From: Flavobacteriales bacterium
Lineage (GTDB): Bacteria > Bacteroidota > Bacteroidia > Palsa-965
Length of the DNA: 45,230 nucleotides
Assembly (NCBI GenBank): GCA_040377305.1
Contig: JBEIPA010000036.1
Span: 1-45,230, forward strand
Direction: 5' to 3'
Shown: positions 1 to 9,603 of the stretch, in pieces
How the letters are laid out: the number at the start of each line of letters is the position of its first letter
How positions within the stretch are numbered: position 1 is the first letter of the stretch
Position numbers and translations under genes: made by a program
Notes under the pieces: model-generated
The model's database searches: none
Told to the model about the DNA's origin: nothing
The model's input: the letters and a program-made list of their open reading frames with translations, nothing else

Positions 1-488
1 CAGCCGTGCGATTTATCGCGGAGATGTTATCGTGAGTAAATGTTATTTGGCCATGAGTCAAGGAGGATATAAGACGCCTTTCCGAATGTGGAATCTTGAC
101 AGCCATGCGATTTATCGGGCGGATGGCAACGTGAGTATCTATTATTTGGACATGAGCCTAGGTGGGTTTTAACCCGCCTTTCTAAATGTGCAATCTTGGC
201 AGCCGTGTGATATCGCGCGATCGTGTGAACGTGTATGCGATCGAAATCAATCTTGACAGCCGTGCGATTTATCGCGCGGATGGCAACGTGAGTAAATAGT
301 ATTTGGACATGAGCCAAGGTGGGTTTTAACCCGCCTTTCTAAATGTGCAATCTTGACAGCCGTGTGATATCGCGCGATCGTGTGAATGTGATCGAAATCA
401 ATCTTGACAGCCGTGCGATTTATCGCGCGGATGGCAACGTGCGTAAATATTATTTGGACATGAGCCAGGTGGGTTTTAACCCGCCTTT
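1..488. repeat. REP/BIME-like cluster left of the transposase: alternating hairpin A (TGACAGCCGTGCGATTTATCGCGCGG), hairpin B (AGGTGGGTTTTAACCCGCCTT) and a shortened A variant
   Basis: A at ~1, 97, 254 and 405. B at 160, 317 and 467, with a degenerate copy at ~61. Variant at ~197 and ~354. Linkers are also conserved. The cluster runs off the window start. Confidence 0.85.
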
Positions 489-513
489 TTCAAACGATTT
501 ACGCGATACAGCC

Positions 514-571
514 GTTTACAAACGTTTACAAATGTTTACAAACGACTACAAACACTTATAGTCGTTTGTAA
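514..571. repeat. 10-bp tandem repeat (GTTTACAAAC x3-4) overlapping a 13-bp perfect inverted repeat
   Basis: Units at 514, 524, 534 and 544. TTACAAACGACTA (536-548) pairs with TAGTCGTTTGTAA (559-571). Lies 65 bp upstream of the transposase ATG. Confidence 0.75.
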
Positions 572-636
572 GTACTTATTACCCGACTAGTCCTATCACT
601 CCCTCCGATGTTTGCGAAAAATATAAATCAAACATC

Positions 637-1089
637 ATGACAAGATCATTCTGCCGTTTGTGGGTTCACGTAATTTTTGGAACAAAAAATCGTCAACCAC
701 TCATCAATTCCAAAGCTGAGCCCTTATTGTACAATTACATTTCAGACCAATTGAAAAAATGCGAATGTCTGCCCATTGCAATAAATGGTATGCCGGATCA
801 TATTCATTTGTTGTTTCTCGATAACTATAAGATGTCATTAGCAGATATCATGAAACAAGTGAAAGGCAGCAGTTCGTTTTGGATGAACAAAAACAATTTG
901 TCACAAGGGCATTTTGGGTGGCAGGATAGTTTTCACGGCAAATCCGTGAGTGAAGAAAATGTAGAAGCTGTAAAGCGTTATATCCAGCAGCAGAAAATTC
1001 ATCATGCGACGAAAACATTTCAACAAGAGTATGATGAATTTATTTCGGGATATAATGATGGTCTGGATGAGCTACCAAAGGCGGGTTAA
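637..1089 (+). CDS. tnpA: IS200/IS605-family Y1 (HUH) transposase, probably a REP-associated tyrosine transposase (RAYT)
   Basis: HVIFGTKNR, HUH motif DHIH, WQ motif, catalytic-Tyr region YIQQQKIHH. Flanked on both sides by palindromic repeats. No tnpB. Confidence 0.9.
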   Translation: MTRSFCRLWVHVIFGTKNRQPLINSKAEPLLYNYISDQLKKCECLPIAINGMPDHIHLLFLDNYKMSLADIMKQVKGSSSFWMNKNNLSQGHFGWQDSFHGKSVSEENVEAVKRYIQQQKIHHATKTFQQEYDEFISGYNDGLDELPKAG

Positions 1090-1283
1090 AACCCACCTTT
1101 CTCATGCTGGTGAAATTATTGGGACGCATGTCCCCGCGGGATAAATCCCGCGGCTGTCATGGCATGATCGTCCTGAATTGCGCTGTGATCGAATCAATTC
1201 TGACAGCCGCGCGATTTATCGCGCGGACAGCATAGCGAGAAAATAAAATTGGACATGAGCGAGGTGGGTTTTAACCCGCCTTT
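1077..1283. repeat. Inverted pair of A-B REP doublets right of the transposase
   Basis: B reversed 1077-1100 (contains the tnpA stop codon), A reversed 1134-1159, A forward 1201-1226, B forward 1262-1282. Confidence 0.85.
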
Positions 1284-1320
1284 TTCAAGCTGGTTACATT
1301 ATTGTGGTGTATGTCATCGG

Positions 1321-1737
1321 TCAAAACGTTGTGCGCACCCTTCGTCTTGTGTACTTACACGTGTCGCAATCATATTTTTCCCGATACTGTTTTCTTTGAG
1401 TTCGCAAGACATTTTCGCAACCTGTTCGTTTTCCCGTTGAATCAAAAGTGATTTCAATTAATCTCTTTCGATCCTGACTCCAGCAGCTATTTTTTGTTCT
1501 GTACTTCACAATCTTTACACGTGTCCCGGTAATCGAATCCGTGTAAATCTCTTTTCCTCTTGCCGTGTACGTTGTCGACCAGCGAGGAAAACATCTGGAC
1601 TTGTCTGTCACTGTCATTCCATCACGGTAATAAACATCGGAACGGACCCTGCAGGAAGAAAGTACACTTCCCGCAAATAGCAGGATCAGCACAAACCACT
1701 TGTGTAACAAAGGAGTATTTTGAAGTGATTTGGTCAA
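1321..1737 (-). CDS. Hypothetical basic lipoprotein
   Basis: Hydrophobic stretch followed by lipobox LSS-C. Starts 9 bp after the PKD gene stop on the same strand. Confidence 0.6.
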   Translation of the reverse strand: MTKSLQNTPLLHKWFVLILLFAGSVLSSCRVRSDVYYRDGMTVTDKSRCFPRWSTTYTARGKEIYTDSITGTRVKIVKYRTKNSCWSQDRKRLIEITFDSTGKRTGCENVLRTQRKQYREKYDCDTCKYTRRRVRTTF

Positions 1738-1746
1738 AGTTGTATT

Positions 1747-4700
1747 TTACCGTATCAAACTCACATGCCCCATATACTTATGATCCTCGTTCAGCACATC
1801 CTTGATCAGAAAGCGATACACATACGCATCTTGCTGACAAGGTGTGCCGCCGATCGTTCCATCCCATCCCACGTTTGGATTGTGTGATTCGAAAATGAGA
1901 TTTCCCCAGCGATCGAAGATATACATCGTGAATTCCTTAATGCCTTCGCCTTCACCCATGAAGATGTCGTTGTTGCCGTTGCCATTCGGAGTGAAGGCAT
2001 TCGGAATGAAGAAAGTGAACTCAGCGAGGATAGGTACAATTTGTTCAGAGGTATCCTGACAACCGTATTGATTGATTACGATTTGCTGAACGGTATAATG
2101 ACCCGTGTCTGCGTATGAGTGAATCGGATTCTGTTGTATGCTTCCGTCGAAGTCACCGAAATCGTATTCCCAATACATAGCGCCACTTGACAAATCAGTG
2201 AATTCAACTTCAGGCTGAATGATGGTAACGGGTTGCGGTGCGTACGTGAAATCTGAAACCGGTTTCGGATACACGACAATCGGGAACGTCATCGTGTCGG
2301 TGAAAATGCAACCATCACTAGTTGTGATCACCAGCGAAGGATAAAACGATCCGGGATCATTGTACGTGTGCGTTGGATTTTGTGTGAATGTAAAATTGCC
2401 ATCACCAAAATCCCAGAGCCAGTTTACAACTGTTGATCCGTTGAGCTGTGATGTTTCGTTGAATGTAACCGTGAAGTCTTCGCAACCGCTTGTAGCTGCC
2501 GGAGCAAACTGCATGGATGGCACCGGATGCAACACAACTAACTGCTGCAAGGTGTCAATACATCCGTATTGCGTTGTCACCACCAACGTGACGAGGAAGC
2601 TGTCGTTGTACATCTGGAATTCGTGATCGGCATTCGGTATTGTTCCGGTTGTATTGTCTCCGTAATCCCAGAACGTACTAACGATTGCACCTTGCGTTGA
2701 GAATGATGTGTTCGTGACTTTCGTGGTGTCACCGTAACAAACTGTATCTGTTGTGAACTGTGCCACCGGTTGCGGATAGACAGTTACTGAATTCGTAATC
2801 GTATCGCTGCAACCACCGGCAGTAGTAACGATCAATTCTACATTGTACGTTCCGAATGCTGCGTACGTGTGATTTGGATTTTGCTGTGTGGATGTAGTGA
2901 GATCACCAAAATCCCATTGCCATTGTGCAATCGTTGGCGGTGTGTTGTCAGTGAAACTCGTTGCCTGATTTTCGCAAATCACCGATGAAGTGAACGCTGC
3001 AACCGGAAGTGGATTCACTGTAATGACTTCTGTGGTCACACTTACACATCCGCTGCTTGCCCACACAGACAATGTAACGGTGTACGTACCAGCGCTTGTG
3101 TACGTGTGCGTAGGATTCTGAGTCGTATCCACCGGACTCAAGTCACCGAAATTCCATTGCCAGCCTGCGATAGTTGCGTTGTTCGTTGTGGATGCATCTG
3201 TGAATGTCAGCGCGCCGTTGATACAAACAGAATCAATTACACTCATTGCTGCCTGAACTGTATTTACCACGGTAACGACGTGATAGATCTGATCGGTGCA
3301 ACCATTTCCGGAAGAAACAATCAACGAGCTGAGATAATTTCCAGCGCTTGCATACGTGTGCGTTGTCGCCGGACCCGCTGTGCTTGTTTGCGAATCACCG
3401 AAATCCCAAAACCACGTTGCAGGTGATCCGGTTGAAATATCCGTGAACGTTGTCGGACTTCCTACACAAACTGTATCGTAGGTGAAATCAGCAACAGGTG
3501 GAGCACCAACCGTAACTGTTCCGGTGATGGCACTGTCGCAACCACTGGTGTTCGTCACAACCAATGTAATCGTGTACGTTCCCGGATTCTGGTAGATGTA
3601 ATTCGGATTCTGCTGGAATGAATTATTTCCGTCGCCAAAATCCCAGTAGTAACCCTGAATCGGAGTTGGATCGGTTGTGAGATCCGTGAACGCAGTAATG
3701 TTGCCCAAACATACTTGTGTTGCAGCATACGCCGGGAATGGAACTGTTCCAACGGTGATAGGTTGCATCAAAGTATCTGCACATCCCGCCGCATTACCAA
3801 CAATGAGTACGACGTTGTATGTTCCACCCAGTAAATAATTGTGCGGTGGATTCTGGTTGTTGTCTGTTGGTGAACCATCACCAAAATCCCACGTCCACAA
3901 AGTTGGTACTCCTGAAGATGTATCCGTAAACACAACGGCCTGATTCGCGCACACTGTGTTTGTAGCGAATGCAGCTTGTGGTTGCGGCAATACGGTTACG
4001 GGTTGAACAATTGTATCTGTACAACCAAAAACATTGTATGCAATCAATTGTGAGTTGTATGTTCCCGGCAATGCGTAAGTATAGTTCGGCGATTGTGTAT
4101 TCACCACCGGACTTCCATCACCGTAATCCCATTCCCATGCAATGGCAGAGACTGACTGGTCATTGAAGTTTGTTACATACGTGTGACAGGCAATTGTCGA
4201 GGTGAATGCTGCAACCGGAAGCGGACGAACTACAATCTGATGTTGAATTGTATCCGGGCATCCTACCGCGTTCTGCACGATCAATGTAACCGTGTACGTT
4301 CCTTGTGTGAGATAAACGTGACCCGGGTTTTGCGCTGTTGCCAAAGGAGATGCATCACCGAAATCCCAACTCCACGCAACTGCAGAACTGGAAATATCTG
4401 TGAATGTAGAAATCACACCTTCGCAAACGGTATCTGCAACGAAATCAGCAACCGGAAGCGGATGTACGGTTACGTTTGTGAGAATGGAATCGATACAGCC
4501 AAATCCGTTTTGTGTAACGAGCGTAACCGGATACGTTCCGGGCGCTGTGTAATTGTGCACCGGATTCTGATTCGTGTTCAACGGAGATCCATCACCGAAA
4601 TCCCATTGCCACTGCGTTGGAGTGTTCGTGGTCTGATCAACGAAATTCGTTGGCAATCCGAAACATGGAACGTTGCTCGTGAAAGCAGGAACTGTTCTCG

Positions 4701-7700
4701 GATTCGCTTGCACAGCAATGGTTGTTGAATGCGTACATCCTGTTCCGTAACCAGCAGTGAGTACAACGTTGTATGTTCCCGCTGTTGTGTACACGTGAGA
4801 CGGCGTTGGATTGTTCGATACATCATTCGGTGATGCATCGCCCCAACTCCACGTGAATGTAGTCGGACCTCCAAGGGAAGTACTTGTGAAATTTGTGGTG
4901 TCGTTTGCGCAAACAGCAATTGATGTGAAGTTTGCAGTCGGAATAGGATTCACCGTTACAACGCCCGTGATCGTATCTCCGCATCCGCTTCCTGCAGCAA
5001 CAATCAATGTCGTGGTGTATGTTCCTGCTGTTGCATACGCATGCGTTGGGTTCTGCGCGCTACCGAACGGACTTGCATCACCATAATCCCATGACCAGGA
5101 AATCGGAGTACCGCTTGTTTGATCGGTGAATGTCGTGAGTTGACCCTGACACGCAGTTGTGCTTACGAATTGTGCTTGCGGAACAATATTCACAGTTACC
5201 GTATGCGTTACAAAGTTGCTGCAACCCGCAATGTTTGTTGCTGTGAGCGTAACGGTATACGTTCCTGCTGCTGCGTAAAGGTGATTCGGTTGTTGTGTTG
5301 ATCCGGAAGTTGCATCGCCGAAATTCCAGTTCCACGTGGTAACATTTCCTGTTGTTGTGTTCGTGAACGTAGTCGAGTCACCCACACACTCAATACTGGA
5401 AGCAAATGCTGTTCCCGGAATAGAATCGACCATCACCGGAGCAGAAATTGTATCTGCACAACCAAATGCAGTTGTTGTGATCAACGTCACCGTATACGTT
5501 CCCGGACTTGTGTACGCATGAACCGGATTCGCAGTTGTACTTGTTGTTGCATCACCGAAATTCCATGCAGTCGTTGCAAGACCAACTGAAGTATTCGTGA
5601 AGATGATATTGTTCAATGCACAAACCGTATCGTTGCTCATTGTGAAACCGGCAATCGGTAACGGATGTACAGTGACCTGATGCGTAACGCTGTCTGCACA
5701 ACCATTGCTACCTGTTACAACAAGTTCAATGGTGTAAATCGAATCGTTTGCATTCGCGATGTACGTTTGGCTTCCCGGACTTTGCGCATTCGAAGTGTTT
5801 CCGTTTCCGAAATCCCACGTGTAGGTATTGCCGGGAGTTGCAGTTGTGCTGTTTGTGAAATTCACGGTAAGCGGCGTACATCCCTGCACCGGAGCCGTTG
5901 AGAAAACCGGAACTGGCCGCGGCAAAACAGTCACGAAAGACGTATCACTTTGTGTGCAACCTCCGATTGTTGCAACCATCACTACCGTGTATGTACCGGG
6001 ATTGGCATACGTTACCGCAGGCGGAGTATATGCTAATGAAGTTGCAGGCGCTCCACCGGGAAATGTCCAGCTGTACGTACCACCAAGCGTTGATCCGTTT
6101 GTAAAATTCACGGTAAGATCTTCGCAACCCGCAATTGTTTGCGGAGTAATCGTTGCATTCGGCATTGGATTCACAATCACCGTGTGTGTCACCGTATCTG
6201 CACCACAAAAACCATTTACAATCAGTGACACTGTAAATGTTCCGGCTGTTGGATACGTTTGCGTGTGTGGGCCTGCAGTCGTTGATGTATTTCCGTTTCC
6301 GAAATCCCACGCGTATGTGAGCTGATCTCCCAATGAATTTTGTGTGAACGTTACGCTTCCTCCCTGACAAATAGTTGCCGTGACCGGAGTAAATTGTGCG
6401 ACTACTGCCGGATGTACCGTGATGTTCACATTCGAATCGCGTACACCACAGTGATTCGTGACATACAAGTGAATGGAATGCGTTACGGGCGTATTTCCCG
6501 GAGGACACGTAAATGTTTGATTCGGAATCTGCGCAGCATTCGAATAGTAAACGTTATCGATGTACCACGCATACGTGAGGGCACCACCCACTGATGTGTT
6601 GTTCGACGTTACCACCAGCGGCGTACAGCCATTTGTTGGAGTCACGGTGAGATTGACATCGGGAATTGTGTCAATGGTAATCACACGTTGCACGGTATCT
6701 GCTCCGCACGCACTTCCTGCTATGAGCGTGATGGTGTACGTTCCAACGTAATATGTTTGAGGCGGAGGATTCGGCGTACCGGTGATGATTACACTGTTCC
6801 CGAAATTCCACGTGTAGTTATTCGCAGGCTGCACACCCGTTGAAAGATTCGTGAACGTTACGACTTGCGGAGAACAACCCGGATTCGGTGTTGCTGTGAA
6901 ATTTACAACCGGTGGACCGACAACAATAATCGGACTCACTGTTGATTGTGAAGTGTTACAGCTGTTTGATGCCGTGAGCGTAATCGTGTACGTTCCTGCA
7001 ACCGTGTAAGTATGCGTTGGCGGAATCGGACTTGTTGTCGTAATTGCCGGCGATCCATCACCGAAATTCCAGACGTAGGTGTTTGCGTTCTGCGATGCAT
7101 TCACTGGTGTAACCGTCAAGGGCAAACATCCCGACATCTGCATAATGGGAACAGAGAACGACGCACCTACATAACGTTCGAAGACAACGATGAGTGTTGC
7201 GGTTGCTGTACAACCATTCGGACCCGTTGCAACCATTGTAACCGTAAATGTTCCGTACGTGTTGTACGTGTGCGGAAATGTGGCGTTGGAAGCTGTGTTG
7301 AACAACGGACTGCCATCACCGAAATCCCAGGTGTAACCGGTTGCTCCTGTCGTGAAGTTCGAGAAGTTTACAATTTCACTCGTAGTCGGATCTCCCGGCA
7401 ACAAACAGTTAATCGTATTTCCGTCACCATCATCACCGGCAATACTGATCAGTGGAATCGGCAAACAAGTAATGGCCATTGTGGAAGTACTCACACATCC
7501 TGCAAAGTTGGTAACGGTAAGTGTGATCGTGTACGTTCCGCCGGCAGCGTATGTGTGCGTAGGACTTTGTTGCGTCGATGAAGTTGCGTCACCAAAGTTC
7601 CAGTTGTAAGTCGTGCTTGCAGTTGTTCCTGTAGAAGTGTTCGTGAAATTCACTGGCAATCCCGCGCACGCGCCATTCGGTGTAAACGTAAACGCGGCGT

Positions 7701-8055
7701 TTGGAATCGGGTGAATACGAACAACGACTGTTTGCGTATCTGTACAAGCTGGTGACACATCACTTGCAATCATCGAGAACGTATAAGTTCCCACCGCTGT
7801 AATTGTTGCGCTGTTCGGTGCACCGAGTCCGCTTGTGTTGTCGAACAATACTGCGTTCTGATACCACGCGTAATTTGCAGTACCGTTATTCGGACCTGTT
7901 GATGTATTTGTGAAGTTGATTGTGTAAGGACCCGGTCCGCAAAAATTCAAAACCGGTGTGGTGAAATTGGCTATCACTTGCGGACAATTCGCCATTGCTC
8001 CGATCGAACAGAACAGCGCAAACATCAAAAACCAATTTCGTAACGGTGTAATCAA
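1747..8055 (-). CDS. Large PKD-repeat surface protein with gliding-motility-associated (type B T9SS) C-terminal domain
   Basis: Signal peptide. About 22 W(D/N)FGD-type PKD motifs with HTY..G.Y.V.L. C-terminus IPNAFTPNGNGNND...IFDRWG...WDGT...GHVSLIR. Confidence 0.93.
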   Translation of the reverse strand: MITPLRNWFLMFALFCSIGAMANCPQVIANFTTPVLNFCGPGPYTINFTNTSTGPNNGTANYAWYQNAVLFDNTSGLGAPNSATITAVGTYTFSMIASDVSPACTDTQTVVVRIHPIPNAAFTFTPNGACAGLPVNFTNTSTGTTASTTYNWNFGDATSSTQQSPTHTYAAGGTYTITLTVTNFAGCVSTSTMAITCLPIPLISIAGDDGDGNTINCLLPGDPTTSEIVNFSNFTTGATGYTWDFGDGSPLFNTASNATFPHTYNTYGTFTVTMVATGPNGCTATATLIVVFERYVGASFSVPIMQMSGCLPLTVTPVNASQNANTYVWNFGDGSPAITTTSPIPPTHTYTVAGTYTITLTASNSCNTSQSTVSPIIVVGPPVVNFTATPNPGCSPQVVTFTNLSTGVQPANNYTWNFGNSVIITGTPNPPPQTYYVGTYTITLIAGSACGADTVQRVITIDTIPDVNLTVTPTNGCTPLVVTSNNTSVGGALTYAWYIDNVYYSNAAQIPNQTFTCPPGNTPVTHSIHLYVTNHCGVRDSNVNITVHPAVVAQFTPVTATICQGGSVTFTQNSLGDQLTYAWDFGNGNTSTTAGPHTQTYPTAGTFTVSLIVNGFCGADTVTHTVIVNPMPNATITPQTIAGCEDLTVNFTNGSTLGGTYSWTFPGGAPATSLAYTPPAVTYANPGTYTVVMVATIGGCTQSDTSFVTVLPRPVPVFSTAPVQGCTPLTVNFTNSTTATPGNTYTWDFGNGNTSNAQSPGSQTYIANANDSIYTIELVVTGSNGCADSVTHQVTVHPLPIAGFTMSNDTVCALNNIIFTNTSVGLATTAWNFGDATTSTTANPVHAYTSPGTYTVTLITTTAFGCADTISAPVMVDSIPGTAFASSIECVGDSTTFTNTTTGNVTTWNWNFGDATSGSTQQPNHLYAAAGTYTVTLTATNIAGCSNFVTHTVTVNIVPQAQFVSTTACQGQLTTFTDQTSGTPISWSWDYGDASPFGSAQNPTHAYATAGTYTTTLIVAAGSGCGDTITGVVTVNPIPTANFTSIAVCANDTTNFTSTSLGGPTTFTWSWGDASPNDVSNNPTPSHVYTTAGTYNVVLTAGYGTGCTHSTTIAVQANPRTVPAFTSNVPCFGLPTNFVDQTTNTPTQWQWDFGDGSPLNTNQNPVHNYTAPGTYPVTLVTQNGFGCIDSILTNVTVHPLPVADFVADTVCEGVISTFTDISSSAVAWSWDFGDASPLATAQNPGHVYLTQGTYTVTLIVQNAVGCPDTIQHQIVVRPLPVAAFTSTIACHTYVTNFNDQSVSAIAWEWDYGDGSPVVNTQSPNYTYALPGTYNSQLIAYNVFGCTDTIVQPVTVLPQPQAAFATNTVCANQAVVFTDTSSGVPTLWTWDFGDGSPTDNNQNPPHNYLLGGTYNVVLIVGNAAGCADTLMQPITVGTVPFPAYAATQVCLGNITAFTDLTTDPTPIQGYYWDFGDGNNSFQQNPNYIYQNPGTYTITLVVTNTSGCDSAITGTVTVGAPPVADFTYDTVCVGSPTTFTDISTGSPATWFWDFGDSQTSTAGPATTHTYASAGNYLSSLIVSSGNGCTDQIYHVVTVVNTVQAAMSVIDSVCINGALTFTDASTTNNATIAGWQWNFGDLSPVDTTQNPTHTYTSAGTYTVTLSVWASSGCVSVTTEVITVNPLPVAAFTSSVICENQATSFTDNTPPTIAQWQWDFGDLTTSTQQNPNHTYAAFGTYNVELIVTTAGGCSDTITNSVTVYPQPVAQFTTDTVCYGDTTKVTNTSFSTQGAIVSTFWDYGDNTTGTIPNADHEFQMYNDSFLVTLVVTTQYGCIDTLQQLVVLHPVPSMQFAPAATSGCEDFTVTFNETSQLNGSTVVNWLWDFGDGNFTFTQNPTHTYNDPGSFYPSLVITTSDGCIFTDTMTFPIVVYPKPVSDFTYAPQPVTIIQPEVEFTDLSSGAMYWEYDFGDFDGSIQQNPIHSYADTGHYTVQQIVINQYGCQDTSEQIVPILAEFTFFIPNAFTPNGNGNNDIFMGEGEGIKEFTMYIFDRWGNLIFESHNPNVGWDGTIGGTPCQQDAYVYRFLIKDVLNEDHKYMGHVSLIR

Positions 8056-8164
8056 GGTGTGTGGTTTGGTAGTTTGACACTACCCAGCAGCTAAAAGTAA
8101 CCAAATCGCCTCTAAATCCGACCGCTTTACACCTACGTAATTGGAGTGAAAACGGGATTAACAT

Positions 8165-9223
8165 GTGTCAGAAATGGAATACGAGCGCCACTTCTACGCG
8201 ATTTCCTCTACTTTTAGCAAAATGTCAGATCAATCGCCGGATTCCAATACGAAAAACGGGCAAAAAAGTTCCTCGTTTTTAGGGCGAATTTTCAAGCTCG
8301 TTTTCACCGGTTTTCTTTGTTGGCTCATTGTACGCACCTTCTTCATTCAGGGCATGTACATTCCTTCGACTTCCATGAGCAATACGCTCAATCCAGGCGA
8401 TATGGTTTACGTGAACAAAGTCGCTTTTGGTCCGCGCATTCCAATGACTCCGTTGACCATTCCATTCACCAACAAATACCTCGACTGGATTTTGCTTCCG
8501 TACATGCGCATTCCCGGTTATGACGAAGTGCGACTCAATGATATCATCGTGTTCAACATTCCCACAGACACGGCTCTGCCAGTTGACTGTCGTGAATTTT
8601 TTGTGAAGCGCTGTGTTGGACTTCCCGGCGATAACTTCTCGATTGTTTCCGGTGTGGTGAACATCAATGGTCAAGCTCTTACGATTCCTTCACTCGCAAT
8701 CTCCATGTATTCGGTTGCGTTGAAGCAGGAAGAAAATCCCGATTCACTTTTCGGCAAGCTCGGCATCAGCGGTAGTTATTCAAGTTCCGACCGAATTCAC
8801 TACACCCTTTTCATGACCTGGATACAGGCAGAAAAACTCGATTCAACAGGTAAAACATTTTCTATCGTTCCCAGTGTACTCGATGCCGATCGTTACGATT
8901 CAAAAATGTTTCCGCAAAACACGTCGAAACAGTACCGGTGGAACTCCGACAATTTTGGTCCGTTGAAAATTCCGAAAGCCGGAGAAACGATTGAGTTGTC
9001 GCTGCAGAATATTCACTTGTACAAAACGGTCATTGCTGTTCACGAAGGCAACACATTTGAAAACCGCCACGATTCCATTTACATCAACGGTGCGTTCGCG
9101 ACTTCATACACGTTTCAAATGAATTATTATTTCGTGATGGGTGACAATCGCTACGATTCGAATGACTCGAGATTCTGGGGATTTGTTCCGGAAGATCATT
9201 TGGTGGGGAGAGTGATAGAATAG
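8165..9223 (+). CDS. lepB: Signal peptidase I (start may be ATG 8222)
   Basis: TM helix, catalytic Ser box YIPSTSM, Lys box VKRCVGLPGD, and GDNRYDSNDSRFWG. Confidence 0.93.
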   Translation: MSEMEYERHFYAISSTFSKMSDQSPDSNTKNGQKSSSFLGRIFKLVFTGFLCWLIVRTFFIQGMYIPSTSMSNTLNPGDMVYVNKVAFGPRIPMTPLTIPFTNKYLDWILLPYMRIPGYDEVRLNDIIVFNIPTDTALPVDCREFFVKRCVGLPGDNFSIVSGVVNINGQALTIPSLAISMYSVALKQEENPDSLFGKLGISGSYSSSDRIHYTLFMTWIQAEKLDSTGKTFSIVPSVLDADRYDSKMFPQNTSKQYRWNSDNFGPLKIPKAGETIELSLQNIHLYKTVIAVHEGNTFENRHDSIYINGAFATSYTFQMNYYFVMGDNRYDSNDSRFWGFVPEDHLVGRVIE

Positions 9224-9370
9224 TGGTTGTCTGCGACGCTCTACACGGCGCCACGGAGAAACGGCAACGTAATTAGTAGTTCCAAACCCGTGCGATACGG
9301 CGCGATCGCGAAAGCGATCATCAATGATGCTTGTGGTGGAAGATCAATTGGTGGGGAGAGTGATAGAATA
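9190..9370 (+). repeat. 33-bp direct repeat duplicating the 3' end of lepB
   Basis: GGAAGATCA(T/A)TTGGTGGGGAGAGTGATAGAATA at 9190-9222 and 9338-9370, one mismatch. Confidence 0.85.
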
Positions 9371-9603
9371 AACTTTAACCCCGTTCCCAATCCAAACTAC
9401 GGAGTGCGACGAGGAAAATGTTGATAACTCGAATTTTCCTTGCTGTGAAAAAAGCGTCTATTCTGAACACGCATTTCCCTGATAATTAGCCATTTTCATT
9501 TGCCATTGGCTCCAAATTCCCCGTAGAAAGTAGCCAAATTGTCCGCGCGTTTCGGTTTTCCGTTTCACATTTTTGTAAGAGGCTATAAACTGCCTTTTCG
9601 CTT

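Noticed and set aside
1-488. CRISPR array
   Set aside because: The 'spacers' are themselves repeated, two hairpin types alternate, and there are no cas genes. The adjacent HUH transposase explains the repeats as REP-like.
27-561. ORFs 27-317 and 343-561 (also 1249-1440)
   Set aside because: They are translations of the palindromic repeats with no protein-like features.
637-1300. IS605-type element with TnpB and omega-RNA
   Set aside because: There is no TnpB/IscB ORF next to tnpA, and the flanks are multi-copy hairpins.
1806-8164. Many alternative-frame and antisense ORFs inside the PKD gene
   Set aside because: Shadow ORFs caused by repetitive Thr/Val-rich codon usage.
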